Source of the DNA: a virus
Taxonomy: Duplodnaviria > Caudoviricetes
IMG/VR virus record: IMGVR_UViG_3300029787_000071
Coordinates: 1 to 53,025 of that record
Direction: 5' to 3' (one strand)
Length of the DNA stretch: 53,025 bases
The translations under genes and the position numbers were made by a program. Shown piece after piece: positions 25,960 through 35,206 of this stretch; the stretch's first letter is position 1; every line of letters begins with the position of its first letter. The notes under the pieces are model-generated. The model was not told the origin of the DNA. It made no database searches and saw only the letters and a program-made list of their open reading frames with translations.

Positions 25960-26111
25960 TGTTGTTCCTCCCACCGTATATCTACAAGTTTAATGGCTAA
26001 TATTTCTTTCTCACCTTGAGATACATTAGCCAAGTCTAAATCTATCATAGCCTCATTATACAACTCAGCTATTTTATCTTCGTTACTTCCCTCAGTCTCA
26101 GGCACACTCAT
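25956..26111 (-). CDS. 51-aa acidic hypothetical protein (not in ORF track)
   Basis: MSVPETEGSNEDKIAELYNEAM..RWEEQQ; RBS GGAG; GTGA overlap with the next gene. Confidence 0.55.
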   Translation of the reverse strand: MSVPETEGSNEDKIAELYNEAMIDLDLANVSQGEKEILAIKLVDIRWEEQQ

Positions 26112-26188
26112 TTTGGTTCTCCATTGTGGAGGCTTGGTCCTAGCACATTCGGATAGGGGCGGTCAAGCTTTTTTTTAATCTGCGTAGA

Positions 26189-26368
26189 CTAATCTTCTGC
26201 GTTACTAACCAGCGGTCCTAGATAAGCCACCATGCGGTGATGGTCCACAAGTAAACTGGACAATAATCTTTTTGATACTGTTACACTTTTTTTACGACCA
26301 TCGCCGTCTACAATCTCGTGTATGTTTTGTAGTTCTTCTTTTGAAGTTTCTAGGCTTATCTGTCTCAT
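26189..26368 (-). CDS. 59-aa hypothetical protein (not in ORF track)
   Basis: MRQISLETSKEELQNIHEIVDG..LLVDHHRMVAYL; ATG immediately after the upstream TAA. Confidence 0.6.
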   Translation of the reverse strand: MRQISLETSKEELQNIHEIVDGDGRKKSVTVSKRLLSSLLVDHHRMVAYLGPLVSNAED

Positions 26369-26593
26369 TTACTTTATCTCAGTTATTACCCAACGTCCAC
26401 GTTCTGCTAGGTGAGGAAAACGTCTAGCCCAATCTTTAGGATAGATACCTAACTCACCTTCATACTTCCACTCCCAGCGCAGCGTCTTACCATCGTAAGC
26501 GCGGGTACTGTATTCGGGGTCCGGTCTTTTTTTACGATGAGAAGTTTTGTACTTGCTTTTTTTATGTGGAGAAGTTTTACTCATTTCCGACAT
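26369..26593 (-). CDS. Hypothetical basic protein
   Basis: 74-aa ORF in the operon. Confidence 0.55.
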   Translation of the reverse strand: MSEMSKTSPHKKSKYKTSHRKKRPDPEYSTRAYDGKTLRWEWKYEGELGIYPKDWARRFPHLAERGRWVITEIK

Positions 26594-26883
26594 TTTATCT
26601 GTCCTGTATCAATGTTGTAATAGACCAGTTCTACACCTAGTTTCTTCTGAATGGAAGATAGCTGACGATTAATCATCGTACCCGGCTTCCAATTAGCAGT
26701 CTCGGAACGGAACGACATTGTTTTTACCTCGACAAGTTTTACGTCTTTTGTTTCAGGATTTATGGCGACAAAATCTACAGGCCCAGTATTGTTCGTTTCA
26801 TTGTACACATGGTATCCAATGTCTGCGTAATATCGCATCACGCCTAGCTTTGACTGTAGACCCTTCTTCTCTTTGACATTCAT
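26581..26883 (-). CDS. Small PD-(D/E)XK nuclease (resolvase-like)
   Basis: GYHVY..GPVDFVAI..LVEVKT catalytic pattern. Confidence 0.7.
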   Translation of the reverse strand: MNVKEKKGLQSKLGVMRYYADIGYHVYNETNNTGPVDFVAINPETKDVKLVEVKTMSFRSETANWKPGTMINRQLSSIQKKLGVELVYYNIDTGQIKCRK

Positions 26884-26884
26884 A

Positions 26885-27292
26885 TCAGTACGACACTCTA
26901 TAGTCTTCTACAGGGGACTTGTAATTAGCACCAGACTTACATCTATCACACACAAACATGACTTTGTGCAGTAGTTTTTCTTTCCGACAAGATAAGCACT
27001 TTCTAACTCTGTACTGATCTTTGTTTCTCATGTTTTGTCTTGCACTCTCTAGTTGTTCGACAACTGTAGAAAAATCTACACGTTTTGGTTTCTTTTTACC
27101 CATGTAAGTAAACTGATTAGCATATCTATTCAAAATACCTATTACAGCATTTCTTGACATATCCACGCCATTGTAGTCTTTGTACTTAGGTGACATTACC
27201 TCTGCAATTTGACGGGCTGACAGACTACGCTCTCTGCTTAGTCGAAATATCTCTGTTATAAACTCGTCTTTGTGTTTTCTTGTGGCTACCAC
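26885..27292 (-). CDS. GcrA-like transcription regulator with C-terminal Zn ribbon
   Basis: LSARQIAE..SRNAVIG matches the GcrA N-terminal HTH; C-terminal CLSC..CDRC. Confidence 0.7.
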   Translation of the reverse strand: MVATRKHKDEFITEIFRLSRERSLSARQIAEVMSPKYKDYNGVDMSRNAVIGILNRYANQFTYMGKKKPKRVDFSTVVEQLESARQNMRNKDQYRVRKCLSCRKEKLLHKVMFVCDRCKSGANYKSPVEDYRVSY

Positions 27293-27386
27293 TTATCTTT
27301 TCCTTATCAAACCAACAACTTGCACATAGTTTTTGACCATTCCTTGTTACAACTGCCATATCGTTGCACTCTTCACAGTTAACCAT
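27225..27386 (-). CDS. 53-aa Zn-ribbon peptide (not in ORF track)
   Basis: MVNCEECNDMAVVTRNGQKLCASCW..; RBS GAGGAG. Confidence 0.55.
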   Translation of the reverse strand: MVNCEECNDMAVVTRNGQKLCASCWFDKEKISGSHKKTQRRVYNRDISTKQRA

Positions 27387-27630
27387 CAACGCACTCCTCT
27401 GGGTTTTTTAAGGATAGGTTACATATTTGATTTAGACAGTGTGTGATAAGCAGAATACCATGCTTGTCACTCGGCGCATGACTCATCACTGAAAGCATAG
27501 ACTGTATCAACGCAGATTCTGTTACACTTAAAGTATCCTCAAACTCCTCTAGACATAGATTGATTTCTGCCTCTACACGAGAGGCTACAATTTGTCTTTC
27601 TTCTTCAGATAAATTCATGTTTGATCCCAT
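27379..27630 (-). CDS. Hypothetical protein
   Basis: 83-aa ORF (start may be at MNLSEE). Confidence 0.55.
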   Translation of the reverse strand: MGSNMNLSEEERQIVASRVEAEINLCLEEFEDTLSVTESALIQSMLSVMSHAPSDKHGILLITHCLNQICNLSLKNPEECVDG

Positions 27631-27895
27631 CGACTATCAGTGAGTTAATTTTAGTAAGATTGACATTTCTATACCCTTTGGCATAATTGTCATAGACAGT
27701 CATCATTTGTTTGTTGGTATTACAATCTCTGCCGCCCTTCTTGTGCTTCTCGACACCAAGACGGCCATTAATTTTACGGATGCTGCCATCCGACTTGACA
27801 AACTCGATTGTAAAGAATTTATCCTGAACCGTGGCCTCGATTATTCGGCGCATCATGTCCGGGTTTTCTACTTTGCTTCCATATAGGGTGATCAT
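27605..27895 (-). CDS. SH3/WYL-like beta-barrel protein
   Basis: FFTIEFVKSDGSIRKINGRLGV..TVYD..GYRNVN; RBS GAGGTG. Confidence 0.65.
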   Translation of the reverse strand: MITLYGSKVENPDMMRRIIEATVQDKFFTIEFVKSDGSIRKINGRLGVEKHKKGGRDCNTNKQMMTVYDNYAKGYRNVNLTKINSLIVDGIKHEFI

Positions 27896-27924
27896 GGCTC
27901 ACCTCTGCTGTTGAAGGAAGCTGC

Positions 27925-27953
27925 ACCATACATGAGATTTTTTTGAGTGTCAA
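27925..27953 (-). promoter_or_regulatory. Promoter for the leftward early genes
   Basis: TTGACA-N17-TATGGT. Confidence 0.6.
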
Positions 27954-27965
27954 GCGAAAATATAT

Positions 27966-27994
27966 TTGACATGCTGAAAAATCCATGCTAGGAG
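27966..27994 (+). promoter_or_regulatory. Putative promoter for the replication arm
   Basis: TTGACA-N17-TAGGAG, divergent from the leftward promoter. Confidence 0.5.
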
Positions 27995-28032
27995 GCATGT
28001 TGCCGTGTCCCGAAATTGAGGATATTATATTT

Positions 28033-28821
28033 ATGAATAATATAATTAAAGATTATATCTATAATCTAGATATACCTCTTGGTACTTCTAAAAGATTAGA
28101 CTGTCCTGTATGTGATGGAACTAATACTCTATCTGTTACTCAGTTTAGTGATTGTATAAAATACTATTGCTTTCATGCAAACTGTAGTAAGGGTGGTGTA
28201 ATTAAGGAGGGACTAAGTGCATCCTCTTTCTCTGCACACGATGAAATCCTAAAACCACATGAACCTGTAGGGCTTGAGATAGAAAAACAGAACTGGCGCA
28301 AGAATAATTATCCTATACATTTCTTTGAGTACATTAGAAGAAACAATTGTACTTCTGCTTGGTCAAAGGGATTAGCTGACATACGGTATGACTACAAGCG
28401 AGACAGGGCTGTATTTCTTGTAAAAGATAGAGCAAAGATAGTTGATGCTGCTGGTAGGTACATCGGGTCCGGTCTGCATTCAGGACCAAAATGGTACAGA
28501 TACGGCGGAAGCAAGCTGCCGTTTATTTGCGGTAAACATGATCAAGCGGTGATTGTAGAGGATTGTGCATCAGCGGCATCTATATCAGGTTTTGCAACAG
28601 GTGTGGCGCTACTAGGCACATTTCTACAAGATGAGGCTTTATCTGAACTGGATGGGTTTGAAAAGATTACTGTAGCGTTAGACAAAGATGCCTCAGATAA
28701 ATCTGTGGACATTGCACTAAGACTGAACGCTGCATACGGAGACATTGTTGATGTGTGTCTTTTGGATAGAGACTTGAAAAGATTAACTGAGGATGAAGCA
28801 AAGGAGGTACTAAAGATATGA
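28033..28821 (+). CDS. DNA primase (Zn finger + TOPRIM)
   Basis: CPVC..CFHANC, KWYRYG, IVEDCASA, GVALLGT and VALDKDA. ORF is open from 27985; ATG 28033 is preferred. Confidence 0.88.
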   Translation: MNNIIKDYIYNLDIPLGTSKRLDCPVCDGTNTLSVTQFSDCIKYYCFHANCSKGGVIKEGLSASSFSAHDEILKPHEPVGLEIEKQNWRKNNYPIHFFEYIRRNNCTSAWSKGLADIRYDYKRDRAVFLVKDRAKIVDAAGRYIGSGLHSGPKWYRYGGSKLPFICGKHDQAVIVEDCASAASISGFATGVALLGTFLQDEALSELDGFEKITVALDKDASDKSVDIALRLNAAYGDIVDVCLLDRDLKRLTEDEAKEVLKI

Positions 28822-30008
28822 TTGATAAGGCTGTGCTTGTAGCATGTCTACAGAAGGACAACTTCAATCGTGTATCTGGTTTAATTAAGAAGGAGTATTT
28901 CTCAAAGGAGGTGGCTACCATTGTAGAAACTATTAGCCATCTACACAAAACATACGAGGGTGATCTCTCACTAGCTGATGTAGCATTGGCACATGATGAG
29001 CGTTATCCGGCCATGCCTGAAGCGACTAAGCAAAAGGCTACACAACAATTAGACGAACTAAAAGGCATAACAGTAAACCCTGAACTGGCAGGAAATGTTC
29101 TGCATAGTTTTTGGAAACGAGCAAAGGCAAAAGAGATAGGAGAAGAAGCCCTTGACATATTTCTTGGTAAATCTAGCGATACTTACTCTCTGCTTACTAG
29201 TGTAGAAGAACTAAAGAACAATGAGGTTAAAGGCTCCAAGAGCTACACAGTGCTTGAGGACAACATTGAAGATAGCTTGGAAGAGTTCGAGCGTGATCCT
29301 GAGTTCATCTTTCCTACACAGATACGCGACTACGTACCCGGCATAGACCGACAAAATCTTGGTGTGATCTTTGCACGGCCAGAGATAGGTAAGACAAGTT
29401 TTTCTGCGTGGCTATCCGGCTGGTATGTGCGGAACAAGTTTCATGTAGCATACTGGGGTAACGAAGAACCTGTGAAGAAGACTCGTATGCGTGTTGCTAA
29501 ATCTATTACAGAACGCTCTCGTCTCGAAGTTCTGCAGGACAAGCAGGGTTTTGTACAGGAGTATCAAGAGAACATACTACCATACATATCCTTCATGGAT
29601 TGTGTTGGTACGTCCATACAAGAGGTTGAGGACTACTGCTCACGCAATGAAGTTGACGTAGTATTCATTGACCAGCTAGATAAGATCAGGATCGATGGTG
29701 AGTTCTCACGCGGCGATGAGCGGCTGAAGGAGTTGTACTGCAGGTCCAGAGAGCTTGCCAAGCGGCATAACGTGGCAGTGTGGGCAATCTCCCAAGCGTC
29801 GTATGATGCTCACGGAAGAGAGAGTATAGACTATTCCATGCTTGATGGTAGTAAGACAGGCAAGGCTGGTGAAGCAGATATCATTGTGGGTATTGGTGTA
29901 GCGGAACATGAAGAGTTTAGAACCATTAAGTTCTCGAAGAACAAGATAAATGGTTGGCATGGGTCGTTGGTTTTACGGCGAGATGGTGATAGAGATATAT
30001 TCTCATGA
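28818..30008 (+). CDS. Replicative DNA helicase (DnaB/SF4)
   Basis: ARPEIGKT Walker A, VFIDQLD, AISQAS, SKTGKAGEAD and KNKING. Confidence 0.92.
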   Translation: MIDKAVLVACLQKDNFNRVSGLIKKEYFSKEVATIVETISHLHKTYEGDLSLADVALAHDERYPAMPEATKQKATQQLDELKGITVNPELAGNVLHSFWKRAKAKEIGEEALDIFLGKSSDTYSLLTSVEELKNNEVKGSKSYTVLEDNIEDSLEEFERDPEFIFPTQIRDYVPGIDRQNLGVIFARPEIGKTSFSAWLSGWYVRNKFHVAYWGNEEPVKKTRMRVAKSITERSRLEVLQDKQGFVQEYQENILPYISFMDCVGTSIQEVEDYCSRNEVDVVFIDQLDKIRIDGEFSRGDERLKELYCRSRELAKRHNVAVWAISQASYDAHGRESIDYSMLDGSKTGKAGEADIIVGIGVAEHEEFRTIKFSKNKINGWHGSLVLRRDGDRDIFS

Positions 30009-30559
30009 TCACCATTCTCGACATAGAAACTACAATGAACTTTGAAAGTTCTACATCATCTCCGTATGATGGTCAGCAGATTGTATTTGTTGGCTACAGA
30101 AGTTTTACGCCAGACCTGTCAGTGTTCGAAAGCAATGAGTTGTTTTTCTTTCACAACCAGTGTGAGCCTACACCTCAAGCAAAAGACAGGCTGCAGAAAA
30201 AGTTAGATGAAACAACCTGCTTAGTTGGTCACAACTTGAAGTTTGATTTGCAGTGGCTAAGAGAGTGTGGCTTTCAGTACGATATGTTTTTGTGGGATAC
30301 TATGATAGCTGAGTACCTACTTTGTCGTGGTATCAAAAAATCAATTAGCCTTGCAGAATGTGCCAAGCGCAGGGGCCTGTCTGAAAAAAGAGTGGACCTT
30401 ACTGACAATTATATCAAGGACAAAGTATCCTACGAAGATATGCCGTGTGATATAGTTAGAGAGTATTGTATGGCTGACGTAAATACAACGACTCAATTAG
30501 CCAAAGAACAACTAGCAGAACTAGACATGTCTTGGCCTAGCAAGGAGAGCCTAGTTTGA
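30005..30559 (+). CDS. 3'-5' exonuclease subunit of a split family A DNA polymerase
   Basis: ExoI LDIET, ExoII GHNLKFD, ExoIII YCMAD. Confidence 0.88.
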   Translation: MITILDIETTMNFESSTSSPYDGQQIVFVGYRSFTPDLSVFESNELFFFHNQCEPTPQAKDRLQKKLDETTCLVGHNLKFDLQWLRECGFQYDMFLWDTMIAEYLLCRGIKKSISLAECAKRRGLSEKRVDLTDNYIKDKVSYEDMPCDIVREYCMADVNTTTQLAKEQLAELDMSWPSKESLV

Positions 30560-32094
30560 AACAAGTTGTAAAACTTAGTATGGAGATGCTAGACGTTCTC
30601 ATCGACATTGAGAGAGCAGGAATAAAGATATCAAATGAAAAACTTGCAAAGATTAAAGCGGACTATCAAGCAGAATATGATCAGCTATACAGTGACCTTA
30701 TGGATATCGCTGAGATTGCTATGGGAGATACTCCGATCAACCTTGATAGCCCTGATGACCGCAGTAAGCTGCTATATTCCCGCGAGGTGGTGGACAAGAC
30801 TGCGTGGAAAGAAGCGTTTAATATAGGAACAGAGCAGCGCGGACATACCAAGAAACAAAAGCGTAAAACAAAAATGTCTCCTACAATGTTTAAGGAGACA
30901 GTGAAAGATTTAGCCCCTGTGTTCCGCAAGACCAGAGGCGAGAGGTGTGAGGACTGTGGTGGCACAGGCCGTAAAAGAAACAGACTAAAGTCTGGCGAGT
31001 TAAGCAAAAACACCGTGAAGTGTAAAACTTGTGGTGGCACAGGCGTTGTCTATGTAAAGTTAAACGAGCCAGCAGGATTAAGGGTCATACCTCGTGGACC
31101 ACAGGATACCGCCGCTGCAGGTTTTAGAACAGATAAAGAAACTTTGTCCGAGATACGTCTTGAGTTAGAGGGCAAGGCAAGAGAGTTCGTGGACAAGTAC
31201 ACACGTTACTCAATGATAAGAACGTACCTCAATACGTTTGTAGATAGCTTGGAGAAGTATCAAGATGATAGAGGTTTTATTCATCCTAACTTTAATCAGT
31301 GCGTCACTGCTACTGGAAGACTGTCGTCAAGTAGACCAAACTTTCAGAATATGCCGAGAGGAGCAACATTCCCTGCAAGAGAAGCGATTGTTTCTAGGTA
31401 TGAAGGTGGTTATATTTTAGAAGGCGACTACTCACAGCTAGAGTTTCGTGTGGCTGGCTATTTATCACAAGACCCTGTAATCTATAAAGAGGTAAAGAGT
31501 GGCTTCGATGTACACTCTTACACCGCTGAGATCATGGGGGTTAATCGTCAGGACGCAAAGGCTCACACCTTCAAGCCGCTGTATGGTGGTGTGCTTGGGA
31601 CTAATCGGGAGATGGCTTATTACTCTGCTTTCCGTAACAAGTATCAGGGTGTGACTGAGTGGCACGACAAGCTGCAAGAAGAAGCAGTAACAGACAAACA
31701 GGTTGTTCTACCATCTGGTAGGGAGTACGCTTTTCCCTATGCAAAGTATACTAGGTATGGTACAACTGTTGGATCAACATCGATCAAGAACTATCCGGTG
31801 CAGGGTTTTGCTACGGCAGACCTCTTACCATTAGCCCTGATAAGGCTTCACAAGTCTTTGAAAGAGATGGTAAATCCTGTTCCAAAAAGTAAAATAATTA
31901 ACACGGTCCACGATTCCATAATCATGGACGTTCACCCTGACGAAAAAGATTGGATGGTTGAATTATTAAAAAGGAGTATGTTGTGTATACCTGAAGAATG
32001 TAGTAGAGAGTTTGGTATTGACTTTGATATGCCCATTGAGATAGAACTCAAAATGGGTACTGATTGGCTTAATCTAGAGGAGCTAGAAATATGA
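30556..32094 (+). CDS. polA: Family A DNA polymerase (polymerase subunit) with DnaJ-like Zn-finger insert
   Basis: TATGRLSS..PNFQN, motif A DYSQLEFR, motif B RQDAKAHTFKPLYG, motif C VHDS; CEDCGGTG and CKTCGGTG. Confidence 0.93.
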   Translation: MKQVVKLSMEMLDVLIDIERAGIKISNEKLAKIKADYQAEYDQLYSDLMDIAEIAMGDTPINLDSPDDRSKLLYSREVVDKTAWKEAFNIGTEQRGHTKKQKRKTKMSPTMFKETVKDLAPVFRKTRGERCEDCGGTGRKRNRLKSGELSKNTVKCKTCGGTGVVYVKLNEPAGLRVIPRGPQDTAAAGFRTDKETLSEIRLELEGKAREFVDKYTRYSMIRTYLNTFVDSLEKYQDDRGFIHPNFNQCVTATGRLSSSRPNFQNMPRGATFPAREAIVSRYEGGYILEGDYSQLEFRVAGYLSQDPVIYKEVKSGFDVHSYTAEIMGVNRQDAKAHTFKPLYGGVLGTNREMAYYSAFRNKYQGVTEWHDKLQEEAVTDKQVVLPSGREYAFPYAKYTRYGTTVGSTSIKNYPVQGFATADLLPLALIRLHKSLKEMVNPVPKSKIINTVHDSIIMDVHPDEKDWMVELLKRSMLCIPEECSREFGIDFDMPIEIELKMGTDWLNLEELEI

Positions 32095-32927
32095 GCGATA
32101 TGATTACGATGGACGATCTGAACGAAGAGAACATGGCTAAACTTGCAGCTATGGTCGGTCAGACTGAAACACGTTCAAACGTGCAACAGGGACTACCCCG
32201 GCTAGCAATTGAACAACAGGCAGACAACGATGACGGTGAGCCGTTGCCAAAGGGCAGCTTCCGTATTCGTCTGGACAACAATACTGTGTATGCTAAGGAG
32301 ATCTCTGTGCGGATGTTTGTCCGCTACTACTCCTATGATTTGTGGAACCAACAGTCTCCTGAAGATTCTATCAGGACTGTTCTCGCTCCGTCTCTGAGTG
32401 ATGACTTCCCTGATACAAGTGGTGGTATGAAGTGTGGTAAACTGAACAAGCAAGAAGTTGAAGCTCTGTCAACTAACTCGCTTGAACATGCTAAACAGAA
32501 AAGCATCAAGTGTACGCAGGTTATATATGGTGTTATAACAGGTGCTAAAGATGCTACAGACACTACTGGTGAGTCTGTTGATCTCAAAGGCACTCCCTTT
32601 ATCTGGTCTGCCCGTGGTTCTGCATTCATGCCAGTGGCTAACTACATTCGTGAAGTGCCTTCCAACAAAATTATCTTTGGTCAGAAGGTTAACATTGCCA
32701 CCAAGCGTAATAAGAATGGAGGCATCACGTACTACACTCCAGTGTTTGATAAGCCGCAGCCTGTAAAGATTGTGGATGAGGATGTAGAAACTCTCAATAC
32801 TTTTATGAAGGACATTGAGAGGTGGAACGAGCGTGTACTCAAACAGTACAGCGAACGTAAGGAAAACGTGCTTGCTATGGATGACTTAGATGTAGCAAAA
32901 GCGTTGGAAAATGCAGAGGCCATCTAA
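32091..32927 (+). CDS. Putative ssDNA-binding protein
   Basis: 278 aa directly after the polymerase with an acidic C-terminus; inferred mainly from synteny. Confidence 0.5.
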   Translation: MSDMITMDDLNEENMAKLAAMVGQTETRSNVQQGLPRLAIEQQADNDDGEPLPKGSFRIRLDNNTVYAKEISVRMFVRYYSYDLWNQQSPEDSIRTVLAPSLSDDFPDTSGGMKCGKLNKQEVEALSTNSLEHAKQKSIKCTQVIYGVITGAKDATDTTGESVDLKGTPFIWSARGSAFMPVANYIREVPSNKIIFGQKVNIATKRNKNGGITYYTPVFDKPQPVKIVDEDVETLNTFMKDIERWNERVLKQYSERKENVLAMDDLDVAKALENAEAI

Positions 32928-33817
32928 TGACCTCAATGCTGCTACATAAAGTACAGCATTTCCTAGAAAAAGCGTCGAGGGGTGAAGGCGAAGGTCTTCC
33001 CCCTCATCTCATCAACGAATTTAAGGAGATGTGTGGCTCCGCTATCGAACGTCAGTTCAGTGAAAAGCGTGGTTCAAAAGTACGTATGTCTGGCGTAGGC
33101 AAGCCTCTATGCCAGCAAAAGTTATCCGCAAGAGATGACATAGAAGAAGATGTAGACTACACAATGGTTATGAAGTTTCTGTTTGGAGACATCATAGAGG
33201 CTATAGCAGTAACAGTTATGAAAGCTGCAGGTGTAAATATACAGAGTGAACAGGAAGGCGTTAGCCTAGACATTGGTGGCACCACATTGCGTGGCACATA
33301 CGATGTCAAAATAGATGATAAGATATATGATATAAAGAGTGCTGCTCCCGGTGCATTCTCTATGAAGTTTGCGGCTAATCGTGGGTACAACAACATCAAG
33401 AAGGACGATGTGTTTGGCTATGTGCCGCAGGGCTACCTGTACGCAGAGGCGGCTGGCTCTACCTTTGGTGGCTGGATAGCTATCAACAAGGCTACAGGCG
33501 AGTGGGCGGTATGTGAGACGCCGCTGGTGCAGGATGAAGATAGAGAAGCAGCCCTAAAATTAGCCGATAAAAATATACGCAGTGTTCTTGGTAGTGAGAA
33601 GTTTGAGCGTTCTTTTTCCGATGAACCTGAAACCTACAAAGATAAAGAGACAGGAACCCTTAAAAGAACAGGCAACCGGCTTATGAATAGAACCTGTTCT
33701 TACTGTGGTTTTAAGATGCACTGCTGGCCTAATGCTGCATACAAACAGAAGACAACTTCTACAGCAAATACTCGACCGAGAGTATGGTACACAAAGCATG
33801 TAAAGGATGAAATCTGA
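32927..33817 (+). CDS. PD-(D/E)XK (Cas4/RecB-like) exonuclease
   Basis: RMSGVGKPLCQ, FGDIIE, GTYD..YDIKS, QGYLY and CSYC..HCWP. Confidence 0.8.
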   Translation: MTSMLLHKVQHFLEKASRGEGEGLPPHLINEFKEMCGSAIERQFSEKRGSKVRMSGVGKPLCQQKLSARDDIEEDVDYTMVMKFLFGDIIEAIAVTVMKAAGVNIQSEQEGVSLDIGGTTLRGTYDVKIDDKIYDIKSAAPGAFSMKFAANRGYNNIKKDDVFGYVPQGYLYAEAAGSTFGGWIAINKATGEWAVCETPLVQDEDREAALKLADKNIRSVLGSEKFERSFSDEPETYKDKETGTLKRTGNRLMNRTCSYCGFKMHCWPNAAYKQKTTSTANTRPRVWYTKHVKDEI

Positions 33818-34233
33818 TGCCACTATATATTACAGAGACTATCACTGAGTTTGAAACAATGTTCAACCCAAAAGCTGCCTTCGTATACTTTGATACAGAT
33901 AAAGGAGATAGCACACACATAGATGCTCTACTAGTAAAATCTCTACACGAGAACATGCAGCTTCCAATTATATATAGAAAGAACATGTCTTCGGAGGGTA
34001 TGTGGACTGCAGAAGAGTTTAACTATGAAGGTTCTAGGAAAATGTCCCGCTGCTTTGATGCCATACGTTCTATGCTAAGACAAAGCAGGTTAGTAGTATT
34101 TCCATCTAGAAGTTTTTCTATTGTAAGAGATACGTCTCCTGAGTATGTACAGAAAGATTTAGGAGAGGGTTACATACAGATAGTAAACACTAACCCTGAA
34201 AATAAAAATAAGTTTGATTACTATGCGTTTTAG
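33817..34233 (+). CDS. Hypothetical protein
   Basis: 138-aa ORF, TGATG-coupled. Confidence 0.6.
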   Translation: MPLYITETITEFETMFNPKAAFVYFDTDKGDSTHIDALLVKSLHENMQLPIIYRKNMSSEGMWTAEEFNYEGSRKMSRCFDAIRSMLRQSRLVVFPSRSFSIVRDTSPEYVQKDLGEGYIQIVNTNPENKNKFDYYAF

Positions 34234-34582
34234 ATCAAAGTTTGAGTCAGAAGTTGCTGTAGCTATAAGCCGTATGGGTATTAGTTGGGAGTTTGAACCC
34301 GATAAGATACCATACCAGCCTGATCCCAAAGTCTACATACCTGACTTCTACATACCTCGTAATGATATATACATAGAAGTAAAAGGACGACTGACACAGC
34401 AGGACAGAGTAAAGCACCTGCTTGTTAAGAAACAGAACCCGGACACTGAAGTGAAGTTCTTCTTCGCTAATGCTAATAAAAAAATATACAAGGGTTCAAA
34501 GACTACCCATGCAGATTGGGCAGAGCGCCACGGATTTGATTGGGCGCATAAAAAGATACCTGTGGAGTGGTTTGATGAATGA
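34223..34582 (+). CDS. Endonuclease I (T7 gp3-like Holliday junction resolvase)
   Basis: FRSKFE, YIPDF, IEVKGR, DRVKHLLVKKQNP and WAERHGF. Confidence 0.9.
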   Translation: MRFRSKFESEVAVAISRMGISWEFEPDKIPYQPDPKVYIPDFYIPRNDIYIEVKGRLTQQDRVKHLLVKKQNPDTEVKFFFANANKKIYKGSKTTHADWAERHGFDWAHKKIPVEWFDE

Positions 34583-34949
34583 TGATGGTTTTACTTTTGA
34601 GCCGGAAGATGATCTTATAGACGATGAGATGCGAGATAGAATAGAGGAAGAGACATTCTTTTTAGCCCGAGATAGGCTGTACATTGTTTTTGATCCTGAA
34701 GGATTTGACAAGGTGAGTGTTCGTGCATATGATACGTCAGATTCCAAGGACGTATCTGCCGCGCACATCCTGCAACAAGGGATGCTCAGTCTCCTCGAAA
34801 CAGATTATGACTATCTCATGCAGTTAGGGCATGAAGCTACGCTGGAACAGATAGTAGAAAAATCACAAGAGAAGGAAGAGAGCAAAAAACTGATAGTAGA
34901 AGATGTGTACGACAATGTTATTAAGGTAAAGTTCAGCGAGGACAACTGA
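34575..34949 (+). CDS. Acidic hypothetical protein
   Basis: Likely ATG 34575 (MNDDGF) after GGAG; ends NVIKVKF. Confidence 0.65.
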   Translation: MNDDGFTFEPEDDLIDDEMRDRIEEETFFLARDRLYIVFDPEGFDKVSVRAYDTSDSKDVSAAHILQQGMLSLLETDYDYLMQLGHEATLEQIVEKSQEKEESKKLIVEDVYDNVIKVKFSEDN

Positions 34950-35206
34950 TGCCAGACGAAAAGAAGTATAAAACAGATCTAGTAGCCGCTGTAAACAGCC
35001 CACAGCACTACACACAGGGCAGCATGGAGACTATTGATATGATCAAAGAGTTTCTTACAGAGGAAGAGTTTAGCGGATATCTTAAAGGTAACATACTAAA
35101 GTATGTATGCCGCTACAAACACAAGGGAATGCCACTAAAAGATTTGATGAAGTCTGAGTGGTATCTAGAGAAATTAATTAAGGAACAAAAAACCAATGAA
35201 GAATAA
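34949..35206 (+). CDS. DUF3310 (SaV / T7 gp1.7-like) protein
   Basis: VNSPQHY..ETID..GYLKGNILKYVCRYKHKG..DLMKSEWYL. Confidence 0.85.
   Translation: MPDEKKYKTDLVAAVNSPQHYTQGSMETIDMIKEFLTEEEFSGYLKGNILKYVCRYKHKGMPLKDLMKSEWYLEKLIKEQKTNEE

Noticed and set aside
22325-28032. Integrase or lysogeny module, reported upstream of primase in some related phages
   Set aside because: No tyrosine or serine recombinase motifs or CI-like repressor recognised in any ORF.
32927-33817. Cas4-like nuclease as part of a CRISPR system
   Set aside because: Stand-alone Cas4/RecB-like exonucleases are routine in phage replication modules.
34470-34574. Long N-terminus of the 159-aa ORF in the track
   Set aside because: It overlaps endonuclease I by over 100 nt; ATG 34575 has a GGAG RBS and a normal short overlap.
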